The notes under the pieces: generated by a model
Seen by the model: the letters and a program-made list of their open reading frames with translations, nothing else
Told to the model about the DNA's origin: nothing
The model's database searches: none
Translations under genes and position numbers: made by a program
Assembly (NCBI GenBank): GCA_051362555.1
Contig: CM120649.1
Span: forward strand, 10,788,001-10,852,000
Direction of reading: 5' to 3'
Length of the DNA stretch: 64,000 bases
Origin: Lingula anatina
Lineage: Eukaryota > Animalia > Brachiopoda
Shown: positions 1 through 12,249 of the stretch, one piece after another
How the letters are laid out: each line of letters begins with the position of its first letter
How positions within the stretch are numbered: the stretch's first letter is position 1

Positions 1-1107
1 ATCGCTTTAGAGACTTGAACTGATTCGCTAACCTGACCAGGATTGGACTGAATAGAATGTGGGCCACCTACCAGTTAGATCAAAGGTATACTCATTCGAA
101 CAACTTGTGAGGGAATACAGGATACTTTTTGACAAGTTCAATAGTCAAAAAGCTAGTTTAGAACTGGGACGCCTGACAGAAGAGCTCCTGCCACTGTCTC
201 AGCTGTTGGAAATGTTAGATCTTGCAGCAAACAATGTGACGGATGTGTTGATTGACCCGCTGCAGTGGTATTACGAACATATCACGGTCTCCCCGGTGTG
301 GGGAGGGAGCACTTTGATCTATAAGGTCAAGTTGCCATTGATCAGCCGAGAGGAAGCGACCAGGTATGATATACGGTCCTTCAAGCAACCATACAACATC
401 ACAGGGTTTGCTAGCTGAATTTTGCATGGTGAAAACAATATTGGCATTGTAGAGCGGACCGGAAATGTGTTTTACCCGTCTGGCTGCCTCGGTTGGAAAC
501 CTCTGGTGTGTAGAACAGGCGCTGTCTACAACCGAGGTACCTCATGCGCAGAGGAGTGCATGTAAGGTGGAGCTGACCTCGGGGGAAGGCATTTTTACTG
601 CCACGGAAGTTGTCTTGGGTGAATATGTATTGGTGACTTGGGGAAAGGAGGTGTCCAAACGTTGCCACCGTTCCAGACCAGTCTCCTATCCGCTCAAGGC
701 AGGAACATATCTAGTGTCAGTCCAGGTGCAATGTGCGATAACAGGAAGTAACTTTACCCTTCCCGAAATAACAGAGAAAGCAGGTAGAGTCTCACTCAGA
801 TCACAACTATTAACCGACATTCCATCCCTAAACGTGCACGGACTCATACCACCAGGAATTGTCGCTAAAAGATTGAGAAACCCAAACATTCAAAATCTTG
901 AACCGGTTGCACATCTTCATCTCGCACCACTGAGTGAGCAGGAAGTAGACTTTTGGTCTGCCCCGACCAGCGGCTCTTCTGTTACGTACGCCGTGGGTAT
1001 TGTCATGGCATGCATGATAGTACTGATTGTTCTTTGTGTTTGCTTACGACGTCATCGCAAACGACTTTCTTTTCATGTTCGCCGACACAGCCGACCAGAT
1101 CCACCGG
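1..1107 (+). pseudogene. Envelope (env)-like ORF of a gypsy/errantivirus-type LTR retroelement, frameshifted; begins before the window
   Basis: Frame 59-418 reads SLELGRLTEELLP..LQWYYEHITVSP..LIYKVKLPL, resembling baculovirus F/gypsy env ectodomains. After a frameshift near 415 another frame continues the Cys-rich GNVFYPSGCLGWKPLVCRTG. A third frame (from ~555) ends in a hydrophobic TM segment (VTYAVGIVMACMIVLIVLCVCL) followed by a basic stop-transfer (RRHRKR). Confidence 0.7.
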
Positions 1108-3995
1108 TGTACCATGAAAATCTGACTCCCCTAAAATGTGACTCCCCAGTCAGATTTTCATAATTTATTTAGTGATTTAGGCAATGATTAGAAAATCATT
1201 TGGCTGATAAATGAATCTTGACCACCAATCAACCATAACGCTAATGAGAGGACAGCACAGAAATACCCCTTTAAGTGACCTAACCCGGTCTTCCCCTCCC
1301 AGTGTCCGGGGCTCGGATGAGTCTGGCCTGGGGTTCCAACCTCGGTCCATTTGTCACATTAACAGCCTTTGCATGACAATGGTAAGTTCTTTTAACTACT
1401 AAGTATATATAAAGCAGGGATTTTCCCTTAGCTAGTAGTCTTTTCCTCCTTTAATACTATCTCATAGTATTGAAGCTCTCTGAATAAGCAGCACTATTGT
1501 AGTACTGTTAGGTACTGGGCTTCATCACCAAGACAAGACTGATGTAGTAATAAAAGTGTAACTACTCAAGTGATCGACTTGTTACTATTAAAAGACTGCA
1601 CCAAATCAACACTGTGCGGCGGGACTTGTTAATCTTGCATTCTGTTGTGTATTGTAAGGTGTAAACCTTACGAGCATGTATGTAAAAATCTATAGATAAT
1701 GTCAGTAATTCCATCATTATTTGGTTGTTAAAACAGTATATTTCTTACTTAGGGACGAATACTATTCACCTACTAGAGACTTTGACAAAAGTGATTTTTA
1801 CTGAGTTCAGTTACAACAATGGTATGAAGAATAGTCTGTAGCTTTAATTGGCATCCATAACTGTCAGCTAGACCAATGTTTGCCACTGAAGTTAAATGGG
1901 CAATAAAAAAAGTACCAAAACAAGCAGTAAAATGGACTATGCTGAACATATTTTAACATTAATAATAGGGTCAAAGGACTGATCAAATATTCAACCATTT
2001 CTGACATGGTGAAATGTGGTGACATTTCTGTGCAATTGATCCTAATGGTTTAATGTTTTCTAAGGTGGATGAAAATGTTGAAAAGGCAAAGACCAGACAA
2101 AGGGAAATGTACGCTAAAAGAAAAGCTAAGGTAGTAAAAACATTTCAATTGAAGGTTGGTGATGCCGTTTTGAAGAGGCAAATGAAAAACGTCGGGAGAA
2201 AGGGAGGCAAACTAGAGAGTTTCTGGATAGGACCTTACAAGTAAGTTATTTGAATTTTTTTATTGAAAAATATATAAAACAGGGTGGACAAAAACAAAAC
2301 TTGTGGAAAAGTTTAATGTAGAAACTATTTTTATTATTTGGAAGTTATCAATGAAAACATCTATGATAGTTTGAAAGAGAGATGCTGAGGGACAGAGAGT
2401 TGTTGCAGGTGTAAAATAATTTTACCATTCTAGTACTTCTTTCTTTTAGGATCATAGACATTGACCAAAATAACACTGTTCAGCTTCAAAGTGAAAAGAC
2501 TGGTGAAGTTCTGGAGAAGAGAGTGGCATATGACCAGGTACAATAAAACTGAAAATATGTATTGTATATTTAGTAACTGAATGATTCTATAATTTCATAG
2601 TTGAGCAAAACGTTTTCCCTTTATTAAAAAAGAAGACTAATTATCAAGTTCAGCAACATTTAATTGTCCTTTCTATTCAGCAGGAAAATGAAATGAAAAA
2701 GTGCAATGACATAGTGGGAATTAATTTTTTCTTAAATTTTTTCACAGATGAAGCCTCATTTGGAGTCACATCTCCACAAGAAACAGAAACTTGATGCTGC
2801 AGATGACATTGTGACACCTAGTCCTGCACTGAACGTGTTGAACTACCCCCTCTGCTTCTTGGAGACCAACCACTCCACCAACATTTCGAAGATGGACCAG
2901 AATTAGAAATACATTCCATACCAAAACCAGACACAAAGTTAGTCATAGGAGACAACACTTAAATTTGGAGATGGGTGACTTAAGAACATTGGATGGGAAA
3001 GAATGGTTAAATGACAACGTAAGTTATTTCATATTCAGCAAAATGGGTGCAATCATATGGTTAATATTTGTCAGAAATGCCTTAGAATCAGTCATCACAT
3101 TTTTTGCACTTTTATTATGGTTTATGATTTTTAACCCCCAATAGAATTTGATAACTAACTAAGCACTGAGTAATTAATACTCCTTTAAGTGAAAAGGAAA
3201 TTACTGAGACAGCATTTAAGGGTTTGATCCTAATTTCTTGCATATTTCAATCATACTTGCATCCACATATTATAAACAAGAATTATAGTGAAAATTAAAT
3301 TGCCATAATATTTGGGGTTTGAACTTGAACATGGAATGGTGTTTCCCCGCATAAATATTTCACTTTCTGGTTGTAATTAGCATACTGTAGGTGTATGAAA
3401 AGTAGCTCCTTGATGGATGTTTACTTTTGAGTAATGTACCACAATTCACAATTATTTTTAAGTGGTCCATGGCTATCTTGGACTTCTTGCACAGCAGGCA
3501 TCATGAGAAGACAAAACCCCAACCTATGTGTTTCCTTGTTTTTGGGCAACTCTTTGGGAGAAAAATTATTTTGATCATTGGCTCTGCCAGGATGTGATTA
3601 TTATTTAAAAAGTTATGTGTTAAGAGTCTTTGCTACTGTCTTGATACTTTTGTGGTAATGAGTTATGTTTGATAATTGTATTAATTATATAACTGTAGTT
3701 AATAACGTCCTGTAGTTGGTTACAATGAAAAATTTGACAACTCTGATCTTCTAATTGCAGCAACTTTGTCCCTTTCTTTGTCACATGTATACATTATCTT
3801 AAATGACACAGTAGTCGATCATATTTTGATTATTTTTCATAATTAGGTTCAGTTCAGCAAATACAAATACCTTCTACTTTCTGCATGCCTGGGACAGCAT
3901 TGAATTTTACTTGTTGCAGACATGCAGAAATGCTCTTTCAGTGTGTTGGACTCCTTGGGCACTCCAAGAGCTCAACAGTTAGAGCAGAACTGGTT
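1108..3995 (+). mobile_element. Ginger-type DNA transposon remnant: spliced gypsy-like integrase C-terminus (GPY motif) fused to a Ulp1/C48 protease; pseudogenised
   Basis: Exons ~2053-2240 (..GGKLESFWIGPYK), 2450-2537 (IIDIDQNNTVQLQ..VAYDQ), 2748-3018 (..DLRTLDGKEWLNDN, frameshifted), 3462-3593 (VVHGYLGLLAQQ.., acceptor decayed) and 3847-3995 (YLLLSACLGQH*ILLVAD..VLDSLG), mostly with GT-AG boundaries. Candidate left end CCGG|TGTACC at 1104-1113 carries an internal inverted repeat ATGAAAATCTGACT/AGTCAGATTTTCAT. Confidence 0.72.
1230..1671 (+). mobile_element. LTR-like sequence (5' boundary uncertain)
   Basis: TATA-like TATATATAAA at ~1404-1413, AATAAA at 1549-1554 and terminal TGTAAGGTGTAAACCTTAC(G), a decayed ...CA end, just downstream of env. 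Confidence 0.5.
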
Positions 3996-5483
3996 GTAAG
4001 TAATCCCTCTGCAAGCCCTTTAGGATTTATGCTAAGAAGCGACTTCTGCTAGATGCAAGGAAAAGGGAGGAAAGCATATGTGACATTCCGTTTTGCAAAA
4101 ATGATGATTACCACAAATGGATACAATGCAATGTCTGTGCTTCATGTGTCACACAGTGTGTGCTAACATAAAGGCCACTAAAAAAAATTACAAAAACTTG
4201 TTTTCATGTACCCTATGTGCATTGGGAAAAATGAGTTATTATAATAAGAATTACACTTAATAATATTAATTTAAAAAATTGAACATACCTGACAACCATT
4301 TATTTTGGTAACAATTATTTTTGTTGGTAATTGTCAATTTTGAAATGTAAGCCACCTAGAATTGCAGCAACAACATACAGAACTTGTATATATGCCAGTG
4401 TAAATAGTGAGATCTGCCACTTTTTTTTTTTTTTTTTTAAGAATCCAAGTCTTAGGAGTTTTAATATCATGGTAAAAACAGTAACATATTCAATGGAAGT
4501 CCATATTGAGACTAAGGTATAAAATACAGGTGGAGTTGGGAACCCAGCCCAATTAGTTTCTTATGAATTTGATTCTAAAATTCTGTTAAAACCATAGTGT
4601 GTGTGTGTGTGTGTATTATGATGATTACTTGTTGTATTTGTTCCATATTCTCACATCACCAAATAAATAAATTTTGTATTTTGTATCATATACTGCGTTC
4701 TTTTTTAATTTTGCTAATCTTAAACATTAGCACAGTTTAAAATTTCTAGAAAACCACATGGGAATGCCCCGAGTGTCAGGACACTGTAAAGCTAGTTTGC
4801 TTACTATACCTTTTCATGTGTTAGCTTTACGGTGTATTGCTGATGTGTGCTATATATGAAGTCAAGATCGAGTTGGCAATACCTAAATCTAGAACCTAGG
4901 TACATGGAAATAGTGCCATCATAAACTTGATAAAATATAAAAAAAAGAAGAAAAGTTACGATAACATTTAAGGATGTTTTAAGAACACTTCTTGAAACAA
5001 GTCTAAAACATTTTCTGAAATGTAAATCCTAAACATTGTTTTAAAAAGGTTGAAAACTGTACAAAATTGTGTGCAAAATTAAGATAACATTTATGAAAAC
5101 ATTTGAATGATGTCTGAAAAGAATTTTTGTTTTTGCTGATTTTGGCCACATTTTGTCATGTTATAACGTGTCAAAAAGATGTTTGGTCTATCTTTGGTTT
5201 GGCCTTTGCCCTTGCTTTGACATCTGCTTTTGTTTAGAATTTGTTTTTGAAAATATATATAAACATATATCATTCATGTTTTGATATAGCAATGAGAAAT
5301 ATTACCTTAAATTGAGTTTGATTTTTTACAGTAAATTAACTATAGCTAACTGAGGGTTCTGGTTCGTAAATACATTTCATAGAAAAAAATTCCAAGAAAT
5401 TGTACAGAGCAATTTCAATAATTTTTATTTTTAATCCTTTCACTCAGAGCCTTCTTAGAGGTTAGTTCTTTGAATGGAAATTA

Positions 5484-5838
5484 ATAACTAAAGCATTGAG
5501 TAACTAGTACTCCTTTAAGTGAAAAGGAAATTACTGAGACAGCATGAAAGGGTTTGATCCTACTTTCTTGCATATTCCAATCATACTTACATCTACATAT
5601 TATAAATAATTATTATGGTGAAAATTAAATTGCCATTATATTTGGGATTTGAACTTTAACATGGAATGGTGTTTCCCCACATAAATATTTCACTTTCTGG
5701 TTGTAATTAGCTTGCTGTAGGTGTATGAAAAGTAGCTCCTTGATGGATTTTCACTTTTGAGTAATGTACCACAATTCACAATTATTTTTAAGTGGTCCAT
5801 AGCTATCTTGGACTTCTTGCACAGCAGGCATCATGAGC
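5484..5838 (+). repeat. Second copy of the Ginger intron/exon segment at ~3151-3508
   Basis: Direct repeat sharing TACTCCTTTAAGTGAAAAGGAAATTACTGAGACAGCAT...GGACTTCTTGCACAGCAGGCATCATGAG with high identity. Confidence 0.9.
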
Positions 5839-6770
5839 AGACATATGGATCAAGTGATGCTTTGAAAGTAATTGGAACAGTTAATACAACACTTCAGTAT
5901 AGAAGTAAAGCAACACAAGCATCCCTTCATATAGTCAAAGAAAGAAAGGGAAATCCTCTAAGCTACAAAACTGCAAATGAACTAGACTTAATGCACATCA
6001 CATATTCAGTGCATACATCAGTAGAGACAGAGCAAGCAGAGTTTGCAGATCTGTCTGTAGGGGTTGACAAAATGAAAGACAAGAAGATACAGCTGCACAT
6101 TGATGATAGTGTTAACCCCAAGCAAGAGCCACTGCAAATGGCAAAGCTACCCAGTGTACCATGGACAGAAGTTTCAGTTGACTTTGTCTGACCATTCCCA
6201 AATGGACAAAGTTAACTTGTTATTGACGACTACAGTCATTTCCCAGAGGTAGAAATAGTGCATTCAACTTCAGCAAAATCTACTATTCCTGAGCTAGATG
6301 TCATATTTTCAGGACAAGGCATTCCAGACACTGTCAAAACAGACAATGGCCCTCCTTTCAATGGCCAAGATTTTCAGAACTTTGCCAAGTTTCTAGGTTT
6401 CAGACACAGGAAAAATACTCCAGTGTGGCCGCAGGTAAATGGTGTAGCTGAAAGATTCATGTGAACATTAGGAAAAGCAATCCGTACAGCGCACACAGAG
6501 GGATTGAATTGGAAACAGGAATTATTCAGATTTTTGAGACAATACAGAGCTACACCGCACAACACCACAGGTGTATCTCCAAGTGAAGCTCTTAATAACA
6601 GGAAAATGAAAACTATACTACCAGAGATAAGCAGAGACATTCCACAACACAATGACAACAGGATCAGAAACACGGACAAGTACAAGAAAGAAAAATCAAG
6701 GAGTATGCAGACAAGAATTCCCAACAGTCAGATCTGAAGATAGGGGATAAAGTACTTGCATCTAATGAAA
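5839..6770 (+). mobile_element. Gypsy/Ty3 (K02A2.6-like) pol remnant: protease tail joined directly to integrase, RT/RNase H deleted
   Basis: TYGSSDALKVIG..IQLHIDDSVNPKQ runs straight into EPLQMAKLPSVPWTEVSVDF..VIDDYSHFPEV..TDNGPPF..PQVNGVAERF..YRATPHNTTGVSPSE (DDE integrase core), with stops and frameshifts. Confidence 0.88.
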
Positions 6771-6819
6771 GCTCTCAGGAAAGTGAGTGGCTGCCACACA
6801 GCCAAGAAGCTAAGGACAA

Positions 6820-7380
6820 AAGATTATCTCTGGACAATTTTCTGGAGATGTGTGGTGTGAGTCCTATAAAGAAAACACTTCAAGTTTCATGGGAGCTGTC
6901 CTCTGACAGGACAAAGGCTGACTATTTCATAAAATCTAGGAAAAGCATCAATGAGCTCCTGGCCAAGGAAATATGCTGTTCCATGATGTACTTACTGCAA
7001 GAGAGGACGATATGGCTAGAAACACCAGCACACTAGAAGTCATTGCCCTTGGTTACAGACTAGCCACAGAATGGGGAACTCAGCGACAGATATTATCTCT
7101 TATTTCCCATCAATATTCCTTGGAAGAAATTAGAAAATATATACGCGATCTGTCTAAGTACAAATACACAATGGCAAAGAATTCATGCACATATTGTTGG
7201 GCATGGACAACCACTGATGAAAGAAGGGAGTCACAGAGAACACCTGTCAGATATTCAAATAGGCCACTCTCTAGACTTCTTTATGTCTCCAGCAGTTGTC
7301 TGATGCCCCTTTTGTCCAAGTCCATTTGAAACTCTCTTCTTGTCAGAAAATCGATGCACCATAAATAATCTTGAATACTG
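6820..7380 (+). mobile_element. Fragment (N-terminal part) of an unclassified invertebrate DNA-transposon protein
   Basis: LDNFLEMCGVSPIK..; ALGYRLATEWGTQRQILSLI..SKYKYTMAK..HGQP; frameshifted. Appears to belong to the same family as 8380-9000. Confidence 0.5.
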
Positions 7381-7419
7381 TCATTTAGAGACTCTGGATT
7401 ATTAGAGACTCTGGATTAC

Positions 7420-8130
7420 GCGGGCTACCTCATTAAAAAAGCGCACATGGGCCAACGCTTCCAATGGAGGTCAGTGCTGAAATATGATCAGGAATACCGC
7501 AACACAAAAGCTGCAGGTGACTTCCAGTGGGGAGCAGACAACGCCTATATGATGCAGGTTTTCCTCCGTGACGATGGCACGGCAAGCAGAAGTTCCAACT
7601 CAGATCACAGGAAGGAGGCTCGCGTAGTAACAGATAAGACCTGTCTTCATGACGCATCATCTACGACTGTTTCAACAGTAGAAGTGGATGTTCTCTTCGC
7701 AATTGCAGGTACATGTACTCCCATGTGTGCAAAACAAGCTACGCTCGCAACTGGTGAAACTATGCAGGATACAAAAAACGAGTAATCAAAAGTGGTGGTT
7801 CTACACGCCATCTCCCTCCACTCCTAAGCAGTTTGGAATCATGGCGTGATGAGTTGGCCGACGATGAACATAGAGACTTTATCTTAAACGGTATACCAAA
7901 TGGGTTCTCACTTACTGACAGTAATATTGAAATTGCAGACATCGTCCAAGTAGAAGTAGAGAATAGTAGTAGAGTCTGCAGACTGGACATGTCCTCGTGT
8001 GGAAAAAGAGATTATTTTCAGACTTAATGAAGGGCACTACGTTACTCTGTCTGAGAAACCTCTGATTACGAGCGCTATTTCATGTGTACCTAAGCCAGAT
8101 GGGGATATTAGCGTGATCCATGACCTCCGC
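7420..8130 (+). mobile_element. DIRS/Ngaro-like tyrosine-recombinase retroelement fragment (gag end, CCCH knuckle, start of RT)
   Basis: FQWRSVLKYDQEYR..FQWG gag motif; CFNSRSGCSLRNCRY..HVC in an alternate frame; WRDELADDEHRDFILNGIPNGF and PLITSAISCVPKPDGDISVIHDL typical of a DIRS RT N-terminus. Confidence 0.75.
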
Positions 8131-8379
8131 CTCTCACGTGCCTCCCTATGTGTCATCCCAATGGAGCCGAGATTTTATGACTGTACCCCCGCAGGGACGA
8201 TGCATGGGGAGGCTTGTGAGAGACGTAGAGACTATTAAAAGATTAGGTGGTTTTCCTTTCATGTACATCTGCCATATTTATGGCGTGGCTTTGTAGAGCC
8301 ATGGGTCAACTCGGTGTGAATGCAGCCTTGGAGTTAACTCCCATGCAAAGTTCTAAGGAATCTATGAAATTTGGTACTC

Positions 8380-9000
8380 TACATATCATTAATCATGTCA
8401 GCCCCTTTATCATTTCACGGGCAGACTTCGCAGACCCCCAAGGTGGAAAATCTATACGTGACAGGCAACCTGCACATAACAAGTCAACTGTTAGAAAGTA
8501 TATGTGAATGAAGGAAATGATGTGTGGACAGCGTCACAATTTCTAGAAGCAGTCAAGAAAAGCAACTCTTCAAACATCTCTCTCATTAGTGCAACACCAC
8601 CACCCTCCATCAAACCATCAAACATCAGCATTTTGAAACAGTGTCATTTGAAAAATATATCTAATTACTATTACTTTCAGTTTTCCTCCAATGGCATCAA
8701 AATATGGAAGCAGCACAATATTGGTGAGGGGCAATATATTCATGTTGATAAATGCATACATGTAAATTCTTGTTTTTCTAGATAACGTAGAGCAAATCAA
8801 GTATATGACAGAAAAGCACAGTCGGCTACGGTATCCTATGCTACACAGAGTCCTAACAAAGAGCAGAACCAACAAGAAGAAAGCCAAGAAGAATGCACAG
8901 GCAGTTTGTTTACATGCCCAGAGTCTAACTGCATTACTACCTTCATGAAACATAAAAATCTATTACGCCAACTGGACACAGGAATAATACTAAAGCAAAA
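8380..9000 (+). mobile_element. Fragment (C-terminal part) of an unclassified DDE-like transposase with a terminal C2H2-like finger
   Basis: ADFADPQGGKSIRDR..VRKYVNEGNDVWTASQF..IWKQHNIGEG and LFTCPESNCITTFMKHKNL; interrupted reading frame. Confidence 0.55.
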
Positions 9001-9599
9001 GACTTTGCAAAGATAAGCCATATCTACTTTCTTGCACAGCTGTATCATTGTACTACACTAAATGGTTGATTTATATCATATTTAACACATATTTGCCCCA
9101 TAATTGAATTTTATTAAATTTGAAATTTTGAGAAAATTTGGCAGAGTATAAAATGTTTGTTTATCAATTACTATGTAATTTATTTTTTTAAATACGACTT
9201 CATGCTTTGCTCATTATGAACAAAACAATGGAGGAGTATATCACAGCTGCCATTTTGAAATAAATACATTTAAAAAATAAGAAAAAGTAAAAATACAGAA
9301 CAAATATATTTGTATATTTGGATAGAGCAATATGTCTTTTTTTGACATTGCTATATAAAAGTCAGTATTATATACATATTCATTTTTTATTTATTATCAT
9401 GGTTATTAGGCCTATTTGAGCTGGTATTTTTACCTACCAAAGACTGGTTTCTAGGGAAAAGCAATTTGTTGCTATGGAAACCAGAGGAACTGGTTGAAAC
9501 ATGGCTAGTGGTCATTTTTGTGCATTTTATGACTAAATACATCATTTAAGATCAAACTAAGCAAAATATAAATTTTTCACATTCCATCCGAAGCTCAAT

Positions 9600-10110
9600 G
9601 CTTAATAGCTAACTTGGCCTCTTTAAAATCATTTCATGAAGCCACAATTGACCAAGGGTGGGAGTTTCATTATAGGATTGTCGAATCTTAGGAAAACTGC
9701 TGTTATTGACCACGAGTCTTCCAATGCTCAAATGAGAACTAGTGAGCTGGTCCGCCAAGATCAGAATGTACAGGCAGGCACTGTGAGTACCACTGAAGCC
9801 GGTAAGGCTCTGATCGGGTTGAAGCAGAACGAGAGATGTCGTTTGCCTCTTTTGTTTAGAAATGCCTATGCAGCTGCTGCCAAGAACAGGCCAATTACAG
9901 ACTTCATACAGTTGTGTGAAGTTAACAATGCGAAAGGAATCAAAACTGACTCCACATACATAAATAAACAGGCCGCTGCACATAACATATCCTCTGTGGA
10001 GCAGCAGGACATCAAACAAGAACTGAAGGATTGTTCATTTTTCAGTTTTTCCATGGACGGATCTACAGATATATCCACCACTGAGCAGGAGACAATATAC
10101 TGTATACACT
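9600..10110 (+). mobile_element. hAT-superfamily (ZNF862-like) transposase fragment
   Basis: ORF 9636-10124: FIIGLSNLRKTAVIDHESS, LFRNAY..RPITDFIQLCE, and FFSFSMDGSTDIS..EQE (first catalytic Asp motif); truncated at both ends. Confidence 0.75.
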
Positions 10111-10513
10111 TTATAAACCGATAAATATTTTGGTAGAATTACTGAAGTTCATGTCTGAATTTTTCTATCAAGTTGATATTTTTTCCATCTCAGCAATTTT
10201 CTTAGTTGATCATATAAAATTGACAGTAAATTGATTATTTTGTTTTTAAGTGTTGAGAATGGAAATGTACTCATATGAGTATAGTTCTACCAAATCAACA
10301 ACACTGAGGAATCCCATGAGATGTGACATAGCCATCACGTGATTAGTGATAGCCATTTTGTCTTCAGACATACATGTGGAAATTTTCAGGTGCGTAAAAG
10401 TTTAATTTTTCGGTTTGTGTACCATAAAACTGTATTTTACGCTGTCTGCTCACAGAAGCTTGTGATCCTCAATACTGTATTTGTTGCCCTTTTCTTGCAC
10501 TTGTTAACGTTGT

Positions 10514-11630
10514 TTGACAGCGTTTTTACAAAATCACTCGTGTGTTTTGTTTTACTGTACGACACCAAGACTATTGATTATGGCAACATTACCGACTACG
10601 GTGTTGCAGATGGGCATGGATAGTCCACACAGTGCTGTGAGTGACCGTGACACTTTTTCTCAGCTTTTGTCTGAAATGCCACAAGAGGAGCTATTGGATG
10701 GAGATCGTGTTGATGACCACCTCGTTTTTTCCAATATGGCGGCATTGCTCCTTCAGATAATAAAATCAGTTAAGAGAAAGAAGAAACACCTAGCTGGTGG
10801 ACCTGTGAAAAGTAGTAAGGTTGATGATCTGGACAACCTCATTGATGAAGTTAGTGCACCCACTTGTGAAGGGACTTCAGACCCTGATGTAGATGATGAT
10901 GTGCAAGGCATTCTCGATTCATTAAAGGATTTTCATGACAATTCAGACAAAGTGGGTCCAAACACTGATGACACACTGGCCTCTCATCTTATAAAATCAT
11001 TCCATTGTAAAGCAGATGAAGAAAAAGTAAAAAAAAAAAAAAAACTTGTTAACCTTCACCACAAACCAGGTAACTGTAAACAATGTTTTGTTCCATCAAC
11101 AAATTGTACCATTTGGAACATTATGCACAAAGGTGCCAGGGAATTAGATTATAATCTCCAGAAAATACAGCATGTACAGCTGAAAGCACTGTACCCACTA
11201 ATGAGGGCTTTTAATGCCTTATTCTCTGAATCCAAAAACAAACAGGGTTTGAGCCATGAGTTGACTGTGGACTGTTTAAAATTAGTGAAGGATAGTTATC
11301 TGTTTATGCAAGTTGGTTTCACAGACCTTTCCCGCAAAGAAACCTAATCAAAAAAACAACTGAAGCCTGCATATTAGAAGAAATGTAAGGACTCTAATCC
11401 CATCACAGAAAATTTATTTGGAGATGATGTGGAGGCAAAAATGACACTGACACTGAAGGACACTGACACGTCCCAAATATCACAGGGAAAGTCAGTCCCT
11501 AAATGTTCAGACAACTCTTACTTTACCCCTGAATGGCAAGGCCATGGATATGGTCAACCGAAAGGTTATGTTAAATCTGGGACACAGCAGAGTGGTAAAT
11601 TGATGTACGATGCTGATGCATGTTAATCAA
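10514..11630 (+). mobile_element. DIRS1-like gag ORF remnant
   Basis: HKPGNC..VPSTNCTIW..ARELDYNLQKIQ and, after a frameshift, LKPAY..NPITENLFGDD, motifs typical of invertebrate DIRS gag; no RT or tyrosine recombinase follows. Confidence 0.65.
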
Positions 11631-12249
11631 ATTCAATTTTTGAATAAGGAACACTTCATATTGAATGAAATAACTCATACCAAATTAAACTAGCAGTTTG
11701 CTATCAACACTTAGAACATGATCAGCTGCTTGTGCCAAAAGGACAGTTCACTACTGTCCTTTTGGCATGGTTTAGTGGCACGCGTTAGCATGGGTTCAAG
11801 CTATAATCCTATTGCCGCAACAAACAATGGGGACCTTCTGGCTGATGTATCCTGCTGTTAATTACACCTAGTTAAAGCGGATTTTCATGCTCGCGCTGGA
11901 CCACAGAAACTGGCGTCATGGGGTTCACTCGTCTAGAGCATTGTGTTATTCCACCTACTAGTAAGCTATTGTGTTTGTGCGTTGAATTTTGAAGGGATTT
12001 ATACGGCTCTCCATTGTTTGCCCGCCCCTTCTATTCACAGGATAGGGATTAAAACATTTCAAACATTGTTAAACTGGTTTACAATGGAAACATATTTATT
12101 ACTACCACTGTAAGCATCTTAGTGTGACTTAGAACTCCCACGGGCATAAAGCCAAATGTTAATCCAATTTTCTCAATGTCCACGTTATGTATAGTAGATA
12201 AATGAAAATTGCTTGTAATCATACTGTTAATCATTTTATGAATACTGCT

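Noticed and set aside
465-555. N-terminus of the 232-aa ORF
   Set aside because: The env-like Cys-rich sequence here lies in a different frame; this part of the ORF is an off-frame artefact.
5757-6191. 144-aa ORF as a real gene
   Set aside because: Chimeric: it starts in the duplicated Ginger intron segment and runs into gypsy pol across a deletion junction.
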